NCBI GenBank assembly: GCA_012026655.1
Contig: JAAILG010000293.1
Coordinates: 1 to 64,000, forward strand
Source of the DNA: Hydrolagus affinis
Lineage: Eukaryota
Length of the DNA stretch: 64,000 nt
Reading direction: 5' to 3'
Below the pieces are notes generated by a model, which was given only the letters and a program-made list of their open reading frames with translations, was not told the origin of the DNA and made no database searches. Below, one piece after another: positions 24,712 to 38,200 of this stretch (positions are counted from its first letter, which is position 1; every line of letters starts with the position of its first letter). Made by a program: the position numbers and the translations under genes.

Positions 24712-25082
24712 TCCCCAAACACCTCACAGGATATCCTGCAAGATATAGAAACTCTGTATTTTGCAGGCAAACAAGGCAGCCAATTTACACTCAGCAATGT
24801 CCCGCAAACAATGAAATGAATGACCAATTTTATCTGGGGGATTGTTGGCTAGAACATTTGAAGAAACTTACTGTACTTAAGAATAGTACCATTAAAATCT
24901 TTAAAATCCATGTGAGGGAACAGACTGGACTTCATTTAATGTCTCATCTGGTGGATAGCACCTTTGACAATGCAAAGCACCCTGAGCACTGCATTGAAGT
25001 GTTAGCCAAGACGGCAAGTTCAATGACCCAACTTGGAACCCATGACGTTCTGATTCAAAGGTGAGAAATGGTTGAGCTGAGC
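24712..25082 (-). mobile_element. Older Deu-SINE
   Basis: Colinear with 17339-17751 (GGCAGCCAATTTACAC..GAATAGTACCA..GCACCTTTGACAATGCA). Confidence 0.75.
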
Positions 25083-26327
25083 GCGGTTGAAGGAAAGGAT
25101 AACTTAATTCTGAGATGCTTTTCATTGTTTAATTACACAGCTGTAGGCATATGAATACATTTAGAACAAAAGGCAAAATCAAATGCTGACAGAAATTATA
25201 CCAGCATCAGACAATATCTGACACTGGCTCAGTATATCAGCAATTTCAGAAAATGATGTTTACTTTCACACATGTTTATTTGGGCAATGAGTGTGGTGCA
25301 GGATTTTCATGGGTAAGTAGAAAATATCTTACTTATGTGTGTTTCCTTTGAACAAGGTTTTGTTACATGAAACGGTAGTTAAGCAGTGTTAGAAATTAAA
25401 TCTAGTATTAGATACTATGCTATGGATGATGTGCCCTTATCGTGCACACAAGTTTTTAATTATAATAATAATCATTACATTTGATATAGCGCCTTATCAC
25501 ATCATCGAGACAACAACAACAAAATTACATATTACATATGTGTAGCTTGTACATCTTAAGAGACATCTTTTAGTTGAAGCATTCCACAAAAATTAAGTGT
25601 CCCACTTAATTAAGAAACCAAAGATAAACCTACTAGTTCTTACCACATTTCAGCATTTGGCATGTTATTGCTTTATCCAAGTTTGAAGTCCTTCATGGCT
25701 CAGAACCCAAATGAATTACTAATGTGCCAACGGATGCAGACAGGAACATTCACATCACTTACCTTTGTCCTTATTCAGCAGGACATTCAGTATGTTATGA
25801 CCCTGATGAATTTATGTTTAAGTCTGAGAAGGAGCTTGACAGATTCTCACGGGGAATCTACAAATTCAAGTCTATCACCAACTAAGCAAGTTGTCAGCCT
25901 CCCCTTTGCAAGCATGTCCTGTTGCAATAGATCCTAACCCAAACAATTCTGCCTTTATGTCAACTCAGCAATTGCCAACTCTCCGGCTAATGATAAATTC
26001 ATGCTATATACATTCTCATGGTTCCATACATCCATATCCATACAGGCAATTTCACCAAATAGCAATGATACCTTTATTCATTAAAATTAAGACCATGGAT
26101 GAGTTTATAGTCTTGTACACTATTGAGTGACCTTGCATCAACAGTGCAAGTTCACCCATCAATCCTGCTCTTCTGTTTTCAACCTCAGATTCCCACTATA
26201 ACAATATTCCACCAATCTGAGTCTGCAATGGCTTAGTAGGCTGCATTATCTGCTGATATCCAAAAATATGATACAGGGACTGGGTGACAAAATGGACCCC
26301 TTTACCTCTGACACCTACTTTAATACA

Positions 26328-26394
26328 AACAACAACAACAACAAATTACATTTATAGAGCGCCTTTCACGTCGGGAGGACGTCCCAAGGCGCTG
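26328..26394 (-). mobile_element. Solo L2 3' tail (extreme 5' truncation)
   Basis: (AAC)n AAATTACATTTATAGAGCGCCTTTCACGTCGGGAGGACGTCCCAAGGCGCTG, nearly unmutated with CpGs intact. Confidence 0.85.
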
Positions 26395-26659
26395 AAACAA
26401 ATAAAACTGAAGGCAGTAAGGCCCTATTTAAATGAGTCTGAGCAATTTCATCTTACTTCCTAGTTTCTGTACACCTACAATATAAGATATTTAGGTGAAA
26501 TGTGGTTCTTCCAGAAATTAACTCAAACTCTAATGGTAGGAAGCAGACTCTGTAAATAACTCAATTTTTTCTTCATGACTATCAATACTGACAGATGCTG
26601 AAAACCTAGTAGAGATAAATTTCTCAAATGCTTCATCGCATAGTGCTTTAACAATAAAT

Positions 26660-26744
26660 ACAACAACTCGCATTTGTATACAATACAGTAAAACATTCGA
26701 ATTGTATAGCTCCTTTCACCTCGGGAGGACGTCCCAAGGTGCTT
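26660..26744 (-). mobile_element. Solo L2 3' tail with a small insertion
   Basis: CCTTTCACCTCGGGAGGACGTCCCAAGGTGCT. Confidence 0.7.
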
Positions 26745-28750
26745 GCTCTTCATGCAACATGGCTTCTTGGAGCGCTTTATACAAAGAAATTAGGTAAACT
26801 CCATGCTGATAACTTTATTTCAAACAATCTATACAGTTCAGTGGAAAGTCATTTATATCTCTGGGCATGTTCTTCTGATCTATTAAATCTTTGAATGTGA
26901 TCAATATTTTATTGAACTTACTGGGGAGAACTGCATGGCACCCTTTGGATTATCCCAAGGCCGAGCAATTTCAGGTAACATTATTACCTATCTTGCAGTT
27001 CCGCATACAAAATTATAGCCAGAGATATGCTACTTTACACAGCTCTTTCCTAAACATTAGGATTCTCCTAATTTACCCAAGACAGATCTGTTTTGGTGTA
27101 AGTGTTGATACACTCTATATCAGCAATGTGTGGCGCTCAACAACAACAAATTATATTTGATTAGCCCCTTTCACGTCAGGATTTATTTCTCCTCTGAGCT
27201 CCTTTCTCTCTTTAAAGGTAATTTGACAGATGTTTTATTCCTTAGAAAGAAAGATCTTCCACAACAATGTTTAGAGGTTAAATCTCTTTCTTATTCTTCC
27301 TTGAACAAACACCCTGATTTAGATAATTCCTTCTGTATTCTCGTTCCAACTTTTAAGACTGAATAAACCTTTATTCCCATAATCTTAGCTAAGCAAGGCA
27401 GGAGGACAACCCAATTGCCTTTACTATTGGAGTTTATTATTGGCTAAAACAATAATTTTCTGTTTACCTTGAGACAATTTGTGTGCTATTTTCCTTGGCA
27501 GCTCATTGTAAATTAAAGTTTCAAAGGTTCTCCTTTGGTACAATGAGAGTTTGTCAAGTAATACTAGATAGCCAGTAAGCTGAGGCACTTGCTCTATTAC
27601 ACTAAGCAAATCACTAATTAAGTGGGATAGGTCAAATGATGACCATATATATAAGGAAAGACATCTTTATAGAACAGAGTAATCCAAAACAGTCTAGCTT
27701 TGGTGTAATACAGATAATTATGAACTAATTTAGAATGATCTTGTCTACTTCAGTGGGAGAAAAATGTTCAATAAATTGGCTTCAGTGGAATTACCATTGC
27801 CATAATAATACAACTGATATTAGTTAAACAATCATTAAGGCTTCAGTGGTTTTCTCTTGATTAAGAATTCATACTTACCACGAAGGCAGAAATTTACATA
27901 AGGAAGTTTTACTTGTAAAGTGCATCACAAAGTTAAGAGCCCATTCACTCTCAGTCTAAATACTTAATTTTACCATCTAAACTCCATTTCAATGACACCA
28001 TTGTAAATTGCTGAGTCTCAGGGGGATAGAATTGAGCTTGTTCTAATAGAAGAAAGCATTTGGAAATGAAGATTAAAAATACAGCAGTTGTTTCCTGCTA
28101 GAACATATTAGGAAAGTTGATGATAGAATTGCAATTATGGACTTTAAAGGTTCATATTATGCTTTTACATTGGGTTGTATTCATGTAATATTTAATATTA
28201 TTATAAACAATTTTATAAATGAAAATACTCCCTCTCAATAACAGGTGTAATCTACATTTGAACACACTTAAACTCCTCAGCAAGAGCTACTTGAGAAGCT
28301 ATATTACTATGCTTATATTACAATGCTCTGGGAAGCTGAGCTATGTAGAGGTGCTATCTAAACGCAAATTGTTCTTGTTATTCCAGAAGCAAAATGAAAG
28401 AAGGTGATTTTACCAAATTTACAAAGTTCTGTTGAAGTCTCCCCCAGTACTAAAAATAGTACTGTTTTCTTTTGGCCCAAAACCATTCAGAACACTTAAG
28501 ATAGCTAAGAAGAGAAATTAAACCTCAAACATTACTCAGACACCATGCTCCCCGCCCCCAAAACAATCAAAAGAAAATGGAATGTCACAAAATCTGACTA
28601 CTTTTCTAATCAAGAGAAATTATAAGTTTTACAAAAGGGCACAACAGTCAGAATTTGATTTTTTTTTCAAATTTCATTAGTCTTGATACATTGAATAAAT
28701 GTAATCTTTGGTGAACAGCCTTGGAGTGTTGGATGCAATTAGAGAATTTG

Positions 28751-28792
28751 TAGATGTCATTTTACTTGATATAGAAAAGGCATTTGATGGGT
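28751..28792 (+). mobile_element. CR1 reverse transcriptase remnant
   Basis: Encodes VDVILLDIEKAFDG, matching the CR1 RT motif VDxxYLDFxKAFD. Confidence 0.55.
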
Positions 28793-28979
28793 AAATGACC
28801 TTTTGTTACTCTTGTATTTAGAGCTTTGAGAATAATTAGTATTAGATGGGTAGAGATGTACTTTAAGCTATTTGTTGCCACAATGGTTTACAAGTAATCT
28901 ATGTGATCTGTGTATTACACAACATTACCTGAGTCTCAGTTTGGGGGCTCATTAGAGATTCTAAGAGTGTGCAAGTGAG

Positions 28980-29073
28980 GGAATGAATCTACGAATGACT
29001 GAATCTATGAATGAATGAATCTATGAATAAATGAATAAATGAATCTATGAATAAATGATTCTATGAATAAATG
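28980..29073. repeat. Compound (TGAA)/(TGAATCTA)/(TAAA) microsatellite
   Basis: Directly visible gaatgaatctacgaatgactgaatctatgaatgaatgaatctatgaataaatg... Confidence 0.85.
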
Positions 29074-31124
29074 TCAAAGAAAAAAACAATCCCTAACATT
29101 AGAGTATGGCCCTAATTCACCCTACTGAGTTTGCAATCTCAGCTGTGTCATCCGACAAGTGCTAAGCAGTGGCCACATATTTCACTGCTAGGAGGACGGG
29201 AAGAGAAATTGGAAGGTCAGTTTTACCAGGATGAATTTCTACAATTCCTGGAAACTAACTAAATTATTTTCATCACCAATGGTGTAGAAACCTTCCAACT
29301 CAGGAAATGCAGTAGGAAAATCCACCTAGAGTAAAAAAAAAATCTTCCGTTCTCCTCTGTACCTTGGAACATTATCTCAAATCCTAACAGAAAGGAACTG
29401 TAAAAGACTGATAATATTATGTATAGTGTTTGCGACAATTTTCTAATTCTCTTACAAGAACTTCTGAAAGCTAGAACCAGAGAGTTTAACCGAGGGCAAT
29501 CTGCATTGGGTGAGAGATATCAATTTAGAAAACATTTTGAACTCAACTCATGGAACTGTTTTCTGAAAGTGGTAAATTCTTATGTGAATTATTTTATTAT
29601 ATTTTCTATCTTTTATCAAAGTATTTATACTCTGAAAGTGTATGCAGTATTTTAGTAAGTTATTCTGCAAAAAAACCTGTAACTGAAAAACTTTCACATC
29701 TGCAAGATTAGTGTTATCCTGTTTCCCAATAAAGAGATTAGATGTATTTATCTTGCTTTTCTTTGATCCAATCCAGGTTCTAAACTATCTGTAACTTCTG
29801 GAAATCAGCCTGTGTATTCAAGGGAAGCCATTTGGGAGAGGAAATTCCTATCTTTTAAAGAGCAATGTGGCTAATATTTGTTAGTCTGAAAACAGACACG
29901 AAAATAATGACAGTATATGTAATGTGCATTTCCAATCTGATAGCATCCTATTCTGATCTTTATTTACACCTTTGGTAAGATGTCAGCTTTACTGTTGGTG
30001 TAGATCAAGTAAGGTACACATCACTGAGCGATGAACTTTTTGACCACCCAAACCAAACAAAATGTTTCCAAGATAAACTTTCAGTCAGATATTATTCAGT
30101 ATATGCTGCGCTGATTCACCCTCAAAGCATGACAAAGCGTGCCATCCGGGTCTCCTGAATATTGACCATTCTCACAAGCTTCAGGAAGGATTTTGCTTGA
30201 AGGAAAAAAAAGTTTAAGAGGATCTGTACAAAAAGGCTCGCTGCAACAATCAATGTATTAATATAGAAGAAACAATCAGATTATTTCATATTTCAGAATA
30301 GCCATAGGCATTAATTTAAATCTTCAATTCCATTCTTATTTGACTAGGGTAAGTACCTGCAGCATGATTGCATCATATGGCATATTTTAGATAGGGTACT
30401 TGTACAATGGGTTTTGATCCTCAATACACAAAAGCTCAAAACAATTTCCAGCAGCCGTTTTGCCTAGTGGTGATTAGGCTTCCAGTTCATAACCCCCACC
30501 AATCTTCTGTCATGGATAGATGATGGTTGATGCCAGAGGGACCACAGCTCCACTCTAGTCCAGGTAGCAAAAATAATTGCTATTGCTTCTGGCAATGTGA
30601 CTACATCGTCCATATCTGACTTGCAGATCGCTCTCCATTTTCAGAGCTCTCTCTGTTCTGCATCACTATTTGCCCTGCCATATTCCTGTGTCCTCCATAT
30701 TAGAGCTCTTATTGTTCACAGTGTTCATTGCAATGGAAAGATAATAAATAAATCCTCAGTTAGCCCTTGCCTGAATCATTGCTCATTGTATCATCACAAC
30801 ATTTTCGGTGGTGATTCATAACTCTTGATACAATCACCAATATAAGCAAATCAAACTGAATCAGATCAAAATAAATTGCTCGTGAATTTTCTTACAGGGA
30901 TACCGTTTTATTCAAATCATTCTATTACAATTTTTATTTGGGTTTTTGCAAACAAATTATGCACTGACACAAGTTGATTACACTGCATTAAAGCATTGCT
31001 TGTACGTGAGATAAGAATAATAATAATCCTTGCATTTGACATTGCTACTTAACATTGCAAACTTTTCTTTGACTGTATGAAATGGTAACAGATGACCAAC
31101 AGTGAAAGAAAAATGGCACTGATC

Positions 31125-31345
31125 ACAGAAGGACTGGAAAAGATGCATGACCGGAAAAGGCCTTTATGAACCATCTGGCCAGTCCCAATATAAAATAGAA
31201 TCTTACCCTACTCCATCTCTTATATGCCAAAGTCAATTTCTTCACAAAATAGCTACAGTTACTGACACAATCTTCTTTCACTGCCTCCCTAGACAGGCCA
31301 TTCCATATGTTTACCACTCTCTGTGCAAAGTAATTCAATCTAAAC
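31125..31345 (-). mobile_element. CR1 3' end
   Basis: ORF 31123..31356 contains RLNYFAQRVVNIWNGLSREAV, the CR1 RxxFFxxRVVxxWNxLP motif. Confidence 0.85.
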
Positions 31346-31892
31346 TGTCTGTTCACTAGCTCTCTTTTGAACTTGATTCTGACATTAATTTTGTGTTCAT
31401 TATTGTACTTTGCAACTGCTGTATATTGAACACATTATAAAATCTCTCTTCTCCAGCGGAACCAATCTCAGCTCTACAGCCTCTCAATAAAATAGAATTT
31501 GTTCTTGAAAAATAAACACTGATTTCTAAACATTAGAAAGCACAGTTGTGGTCTTTGTTTTATCCACTGTATATCTATCAATATATTTAAAAGTGAAATT
31601 ATATTTTTATTATTGGTAATTTTATTATTGGTGGTAAAGAGGCTTTGATCAAGATGTGATCCAGGGAGGTGGGCAGGAGGAGAAAATGTGATGGTCGTAT
31701 TCTCGAGGCTCTGGTACACAGAGAACTAGGTATATAAAATGTAACCAAATTGTATTAATCAGTATGTGATGTACAATTCAACATGTAACATGTTTTCTGT
31801 ATTGGAAAAATAAAACATTTTTTAACAAGACAGCAATGAAGTCTATTGTCCATGCACTGTGAAACCATTGAACAGCTTGAGATTAATCACAA

Positions 31893-32199
31893 AGTCCTGT
31901 AGCTCAGTAGTTAAAGCACTCGCCTTACAAGCGAGAAACCTGGGTTCAATTCCAGACAGGTCAGGGTAAAATCTTGGGCAAGTTTCCTTACTCCACATGC
32001 CTAATAATAATCCCTAAAAAAAATAAGTTGGTCATTTCAATCCACGACTGTTTGTGGGACACTGCTGTGCACCATTGGCTGCTGCATTTCACCCACAAAT
32101 ATACAGTCAATTCACTTTACAGTATATTCTGTGAAACGCTTTGAGACGTCTAGAAGATGTGAAAACTGCTATATCAAATGGAAGGATTATTATTATTAT
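31893..32199 (+). mobile_element. Young Deu-SINE, full length
   Basis: Head AGTCCTGTAGCTCAGTAGTTAAAGCACTCGCCTTACAAGCGAG, box B, Deu core, (ATT)n. Confidence 0.9.
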
Positions 32200-32559
32200 A
32201 ATAAATGAGAGTTTCTTTGAATAACATAAATTCCAGCAGTAAGAGCTTTCTTAAGCATACACATATTATTATATTGTTTGTGGATGCCTGAGAGAATCCA
32301 TGAATCAAATGTTCTCTACATGGTCAGACTCAGGATGTAGTAAGAACTGTTGATTATTCATAGGTGACTTTGAACAGTCAGAATTAGTAAGCTAATAACA
32401 CACCAAGGACATCACAGACAATACTGGTCCTGTCCTTAATTGATGTGATGCACACACTTTAAAGCAAGGGTTGGTGAATAACTATCAGGAGCATAAACGC
32501 TGGTTGATATCTTTCCTCCCATAGAATTTTAGAGCCAATTTAACAATGTCCAAATGCTT

Positions 32560-32662
32560 CTCCAGCTGTGATCAGCTACCTGATCACTAACTGGAGACGA
32601 AATCTGGAATCTTTCTGGTCTGCATGGTTCAGTACCACACATTGCAGTACATTACCGACTGA
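32560..32662 (-). mobile_element. Head of a different, old tRNA-derived SINE
   Basis: TTTCTGGTCTGCATGGTTCAGTACCACAC..TTACCGACTGA resembles a recalled chondrichthyan SINE head; not verified. Confidence 0.35.
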
Positions 32663-32799
32663 ACAGGAGAGCTCATTGAACAGCACCTGAGGGGTTTCTT
32701 GTTGAAAGTTTCTACAGTAAGCTAGCTCTTCACAAATAGGGACAAACTGATATGTTAGCTATTGAGCATTGAACTATGAGGTTGAATTTTATTAAATCA

Positions 32800-32975
32800 G
32801 CTTTATTTGGTCAAGATTGATTGATGACTGTGAGACATTAATGTACACAAAATTGGCTACTTTGTTTGACTAAAAATACACAATCACTGCAATTCGCAGG
32901 AAATCCTGCAAAGTACTTTGAGATGTCTTAACGATGGCAAAATACATATAATCAAATGCAATGATGATTTATTAT
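32800..32975 (+). mobile_element. Deu-SINE 3' fragment
   Basis: GTGAGACATT..AAATTGGCTAC..CTTTGAGATGTC..ATCAAATGCAATGATG. Confidence 0.6.
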
Positions 32976-33159
32976 GAGATCATTCAGATTTAATGGAATA
33001 TACCGAATTATATCAGCTTCTGGTTAAATTGAGTCCATTGCCTAGCTCGCTATTATCTATATCAAATATATATGCAGCACAGGTGTTGGATATTAATAAT
33101 AATAAACCTTACATGTGCTGAATATATACAAAAAAATTTATGTGAATGATAATTGACAT

Positions 33160-33370
33160 GTCTAAATTGCCTGCCATGTTCACCCACAAAATACAGTCAC
33201 TACTTTTCACAAAATATCCCGTGAAGCGCTTTGATAACTTTGTGGGCCACTGCTGTGTGCAATTGGCTGCCGAGTTAGTTGCGCTTGATCCAACGGCTTA
33301 TCACATCTTCAAGCCATCTCAAAGCCCTTCATAGAATTATACTGTAAAGTGAATTGACTGTATATTTTAT
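33160..33370. mobile_element. Mosaic of SINE fragments (+,+,-)
   Basis: Two plus-strand Deu-core pieces followed by a minus-strand tail piece. Confidence 0.65.
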
Positions 33371-34729
33371 GTACTGTATCTTGTTGTAAATGGATATTTA
33401 AGTGGGGAGGTGTTTTAGCCACCTTCTGCCAATACCTGGTACAGCATTGTTTTAGCTTCAACATTTAACTTCTCTACTCTGCACCAACAATTATTTCTTT
33501 GACCCCAACCCCAGAGGAGCATCCTCAGTTTTATTGTCTAAAACTTTCCTTTTCCCAAACAAACCATCCCTAATGACCTTTCTGAACGTCCACCAATTTA
33601 GTGTCAAATTATGAAGAGTTGTGTATCTCAATGCAAATTATTTAATTGCTATTCATTTGGTGGGGTATGAATGTGAATAAAATCAACAAAACAATGTCTT
33701 GAGGCACTGAATTGCACGGCACATGAAAGTCCATGCCAACGCACATGTTAGAAATAAAATGCATCCCCAGGCCATTTCAAAATGTATGTTGCTGCATTAT
33801 TGAATGCTGCATAAATGATAGCAATTAAAATAACAGTTGGTGGCGATTGGCTGCACCCTTCTCGTCCATACCAGGTACTTAAGATCATGATAATGTTTCG
33901 ATCCGTTTAAAATCTATTCAAAAGAAACTGTTGCGTTTTTGAAAATACACAACCACATTCTTCAACTTCTTATGTCAGTACTTTAGAATAATGAAATAGG
34001 GTACAATTCTTCATTTATTTAAGTCAATGGCAGAGATTGCATGATTTCTTGTTGTAATATCAAACAATGATTATACTTTTACTCTTCAAGCTCTAAGTAA
34101 AAGAAAAAAACCTGCTTGTTATTGCCCTGGAGTCTTTGAGTCTAGAGGTTTGGTACTATTACAAATATTATTCACATCACATTGACTATTACCAAAATTA
34201 GACTAGGTTTGTTGTCAGTCCACATCATTTCGAGCAGTCAATAGTTCCTTGCAATACACCAGGTCTGTCATGATATGCACCTTCTGCCAATTCTACCGAC
34301 CATCACACAGACTGCAGATTCTGTTGGACACACACAGCAAAACTTATTTTAGAATAACAATTATCCTTGCATTTGATACAGCACCTTATCACATCTACAA
34401 GACATGTCAACGTGCTTTAAAGTGATTTGACTGCATATTTTGTGGGCAAAAATTCAGCACTACACAGCAGGTAAGTAAAGATCCCAAAAGAAGTGTAATG
34501 TAAAGTTCTCAGGTAAATTAGATACATGGCAAAAACATATGTTTAATAGTCTTCAGGCTATGTAGGTACTTTTCATAAGAATCCTTTGTATCTTTTCATA
34601 AGCGCTTCACATGTGATCAACACAATGCTTTGAAGAATACCAGTAGCTTTTCCTTAAACTTATATCTACCATTTACTTGTACAACACAGCATTTTATTTG
34701 ATATTCTTACTGCCAATTTTAGGTCAATT

Positions 34730-35120
34730 ATTAATACTGTACTTCCATTTCATGTAGTTCCTTATCACATTGTCGAAACTTCTCCAAGTGCTTCACAAGA
34801 TGTTTTTGTGAAATATAGGGTCTAGAAGATGTGAAAAGTGCTATATCAAATGTAAGGATTATTAGTATTATGATGGTGTATTTTTTGGCAAACAAGGCAA
34901 CTAATTTACACATAGCAATGTCCCACAAATAGCTCTTATCCCTTCCCTTTTGGAAAAGCTAGGGGATCTTTAACAGGCATATGGGATCTCCTCCAAAGCA
35001 CAGAATCTCAAACAGTGATTCATATCCCAGCATTCGACTATAGTATTAGACAATGAGATAAAATTCCTGACCTGAACCCTCAAAATTCTAATTAAAAAAT
35101 GCTACCAACTGAGCCAAGCT
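34730..35120 (-). mobile_element. Older Deu-SINE interrupted by a plus-strand young SINE tail (~34820-34870)
   Basis: Minus-strand tail at 34730-34800, inserted GTCTAGAAGATGTGAAAAGTGCTATATCAAATG, then Deu body and head GCTACCAACTGAGCCAAGCTG. Confidence 0.6.
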
Positions 35121-35149
35121 GCAGCACCTGAATCTATTTCCTGGCTTGT

Positions 35150-38100
35150 TTATTTAATAATTCAACATTCACTTTGAAATTATATTTGATATCTCCAATA
35201 CCAATATGTATTACTTCATATATCTCAATATTGAATCCCATTTTAAATTCCTTTCCATGGTTGCTTATTCTGGAGTCCTGTAGCTCAGTGGTTAAAACCC
35301 TCACTTGCAAGCGAGAGACCTGGGTTCGATTCCCGCCAGGTCGAATCTTGAGCAAGTTTCCTTACTCCACACGCCTAATAATAATCCCTCAAGAGAAAAA
35401 ACGATAATAACGTGGTCACTTCAATTCATGACTGTTTGTGGGACACTGCTGTGCACAATTGGCTGCCATGTTTCACCCTTAAATATACAATCAATTCACT
35501 TTACAGTATACTATACTCTGTGAAGTGCTTTGAGACATTCCAGAATTTATGAAAAGTGCTATATCAAATGCAAGGATTATTATTATTCTCCAGATATTTG
35601 CTGATCAGTAAATGTAGTAGCTTCAGTAGCAGATGTATATAAATGCACTGCCAAAAATTACCAACGCGGGGAATTTCACCCAAAACATCTGTAACTGTTT
35701 TTCATGGCACCCTGTTTCTCCACACAACTAAATCTCATTGACATGTTTAGAGATTCTGATGTTATTAAGTATAGAAACAGTAATGTCGTCCACCAACAGA
35801 GGGATTTGCCCCTGTTAGGTAGGACACACTGGTTCTAATTTGTGGGAGGTCCTCCTGATGTGAAAGGCACTTTACAAGTGTAATTTTGTTGTGGTTGTTG
35901 TTGTGTTTATGTAAACATTAATGTACATTGGGAATTACTGTCACCTATAGTTACTTAATTAACAACCAATGAAAGCATTATAGATGCTACACATGACTGA
36001 TTTTGTTGCCCTCTATTTCTAATATCTTCATCCAGATAATTTTCTAAATACAGTACTGTGAACAGCAGAAGTCTCAGAACTAATTCCTGGAGTTCCCCAC
36101 TGGTCGCATCTGTTCAATTAGAAATGCCACCATTGATCATTACCCTTTGTTTCTTATTAAGCAGCCAATTTGTCCTCAGGTTCACATCATCCATTATCCC
36201 AAGAGGTTTCAATTCAGCCACAAGTCTGAAGGGACATGCTTTATCAAAGTACCTTCTGAAGGTCATAGAATAGTGCAATCACCATATTACCCTTATCCAC
36301 AAATCTCCCATATAGTCAAACAATTCCAGGAATTAGTTAGGTCCAAATCTCTCTTGCATAAACCCATTTTGCTTTGAATTTATTTACTTTATTGAATAAA
36401 TACATGAAAAATGCTGCAAATGCAACAGACTAGATATTTTTGCAAACTATTTGTTGAGCTAACATAATCCCTCGGATCATATTCATGATACACTTTTTAA
36501 AAAGGAGAGCATTAAATAATAGACATGAAATATTCTCCAATCAACTGATACTAATGATGTCTTTAATAAACTATGAACAATTCTTCCTGCATCTCTCCTT
36601 TCTTCCACTCTTGTCCTCTTAACTATTCATGGATGAATTCCATTTGTTGCTTTTGGAGTATTCAAATTCTGCTGTTTTTTTAATGACCAATTTATTATTA
36701 AGCTCTATTTTTGTATGAAATCAGATGGAATTTCTTTTTAAAATTTTTTTTCAATTTGGTTCTATTGGGAGTTTGTTTGGAAAAAAAAAGCACAAATTTC
36801 TTCATTTTTTAATTTTGAAACAGTGTTAACCGTTTAATTCAGTTTAAAATGTTTTCTGAGTTTTGTGATTTCCTTTAATTATTTATATGTACATAGGGTT
36901 TATTCACCTACTTTCCTGCCTGTGTACTTTTCTTATGAAGCGTCCCTCTGGATATGTCACGCCTTTCCTATGTTCTGAGGAAGATACTGGAGATCAGATC
37001 TGACTATCATGGATACTTGGGAAGATTTCTATTTCTGAGGGAGGATCCTCTGAATCCAACTTTTCTTAAAACACATCAATAAGAATTTTGTTAATTATAT
37101 TGACTAACTCTGGCACTCTGAGCAAAGATGAATTGAGAGACCTGTAGCACTTAAACCAAACTTTTGAAATGCTACTGGAAACCATGGAATCCTTTGTAAA
37201 TGTGTTGGGAAAAATAGCAACTCAAGTACCACATATGAATAAAGAATTCAATGACATTAAAAGGAAAAAATGGCAGAATGGTTCAGAGTGAAGCTAGGTC
37301 ACCAGCATCTTAAAAAGTATCATTGTCCAAACTGGAATGTAGATTAGTTGCTGGTTAATCTTTAAGCACTCTGACACTACCCCTTCATGAAGAGTGCTCT
37401 ATAAATGCAAGTTGTTTTTCTTGGCCCATGTTAATTTACAATCTCAATAAATCAAAGATTTCTATTCTGACAATAACCTCTCCACATTTGGACTATGGAT
37501 TATCTTTTCAAGCATTAATTGGAACATATATCTGGAACAGTTAACCATTAACTACATTGTAAATGTACCTCACATTGGTTTTCTGCCAGTGTCTGGAATA
37601 AAATTAATTTGATAATGAAGGAAATCGTGCAATGTAGCAAACATTACGCATTATCTCTCATTTCATTTATACCATTTAGAATTGTTTCAAAAGAGCCCTC
37701 CAGTCAAATCCAAAATTCTTTAAGACCATCCATCTTTTTGGCATGACATTATGGAGTTCCCTTTTTATTTATAATCACAAGTACTGTTTGTTTTTTGTGC
37801 TTGCTTATGTTTCTATTTGTATGCCATTGCTTTGTTATATTCAAAAACTCTTGTGGATAATATGGATGATGTATTTATGAATTTCAGTATTTGTTATGAA
37901 TAATGCTTGCAAATGAATGTACTGTATTTATTGATTGTAGACCAAATACAGTTGTAAAGTTATTTCCTCAATTTCAGGCACTGCCTCGCCCATCCCATTC
38001 CAAGGATAAGGACAAGTAATTTGGCTGCAATCAACTCTTTCAACATTAGATATTACTGAGTTGTTGGAGCCTTTACAACAGTGCTTAATTATAGGCTTCC

Positions 38101-38200
38101 CACAGCAACTCTCACCCATATAATCTAGACCCATGTTGATTTAAGACTAGATTCTCTTTGAAGGTCACAAAGCACAAGGATTGGGTATTTTAGACAATCA
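35150..38200 (-). mobile_element. Long decayed CR1 LINE ORF2 relic (RT and probable endonuclease), interrupted by younger repeats
   Basis: Minus-strand motifs MGFNIEIYEVIHIG (~35200-35245), WLLNKKQRVMINGGISN..TSGELQELVLRLLLF (~36060-36170) and QNGF (~36370), in the correct order; EN-like remnants near 38050-38150 are weaker, so the right boundary is uncertain. Confidence 0.6.
35272..35587 (+). mobile_element. Young Deu-SINE, full length, intact Pol III boxes
   Basis: Box A TAGCTCAGTGG, box B GGTTCGATTCC, Deu core, (ATT)n; nested in the CR1 relic. Confidence 0.92.

Noticed and set aside
27871-27890. ATACTTACC resembling the U1 snRNA 5' end
   Set aside because: Downstream sequence does not continue as U1.
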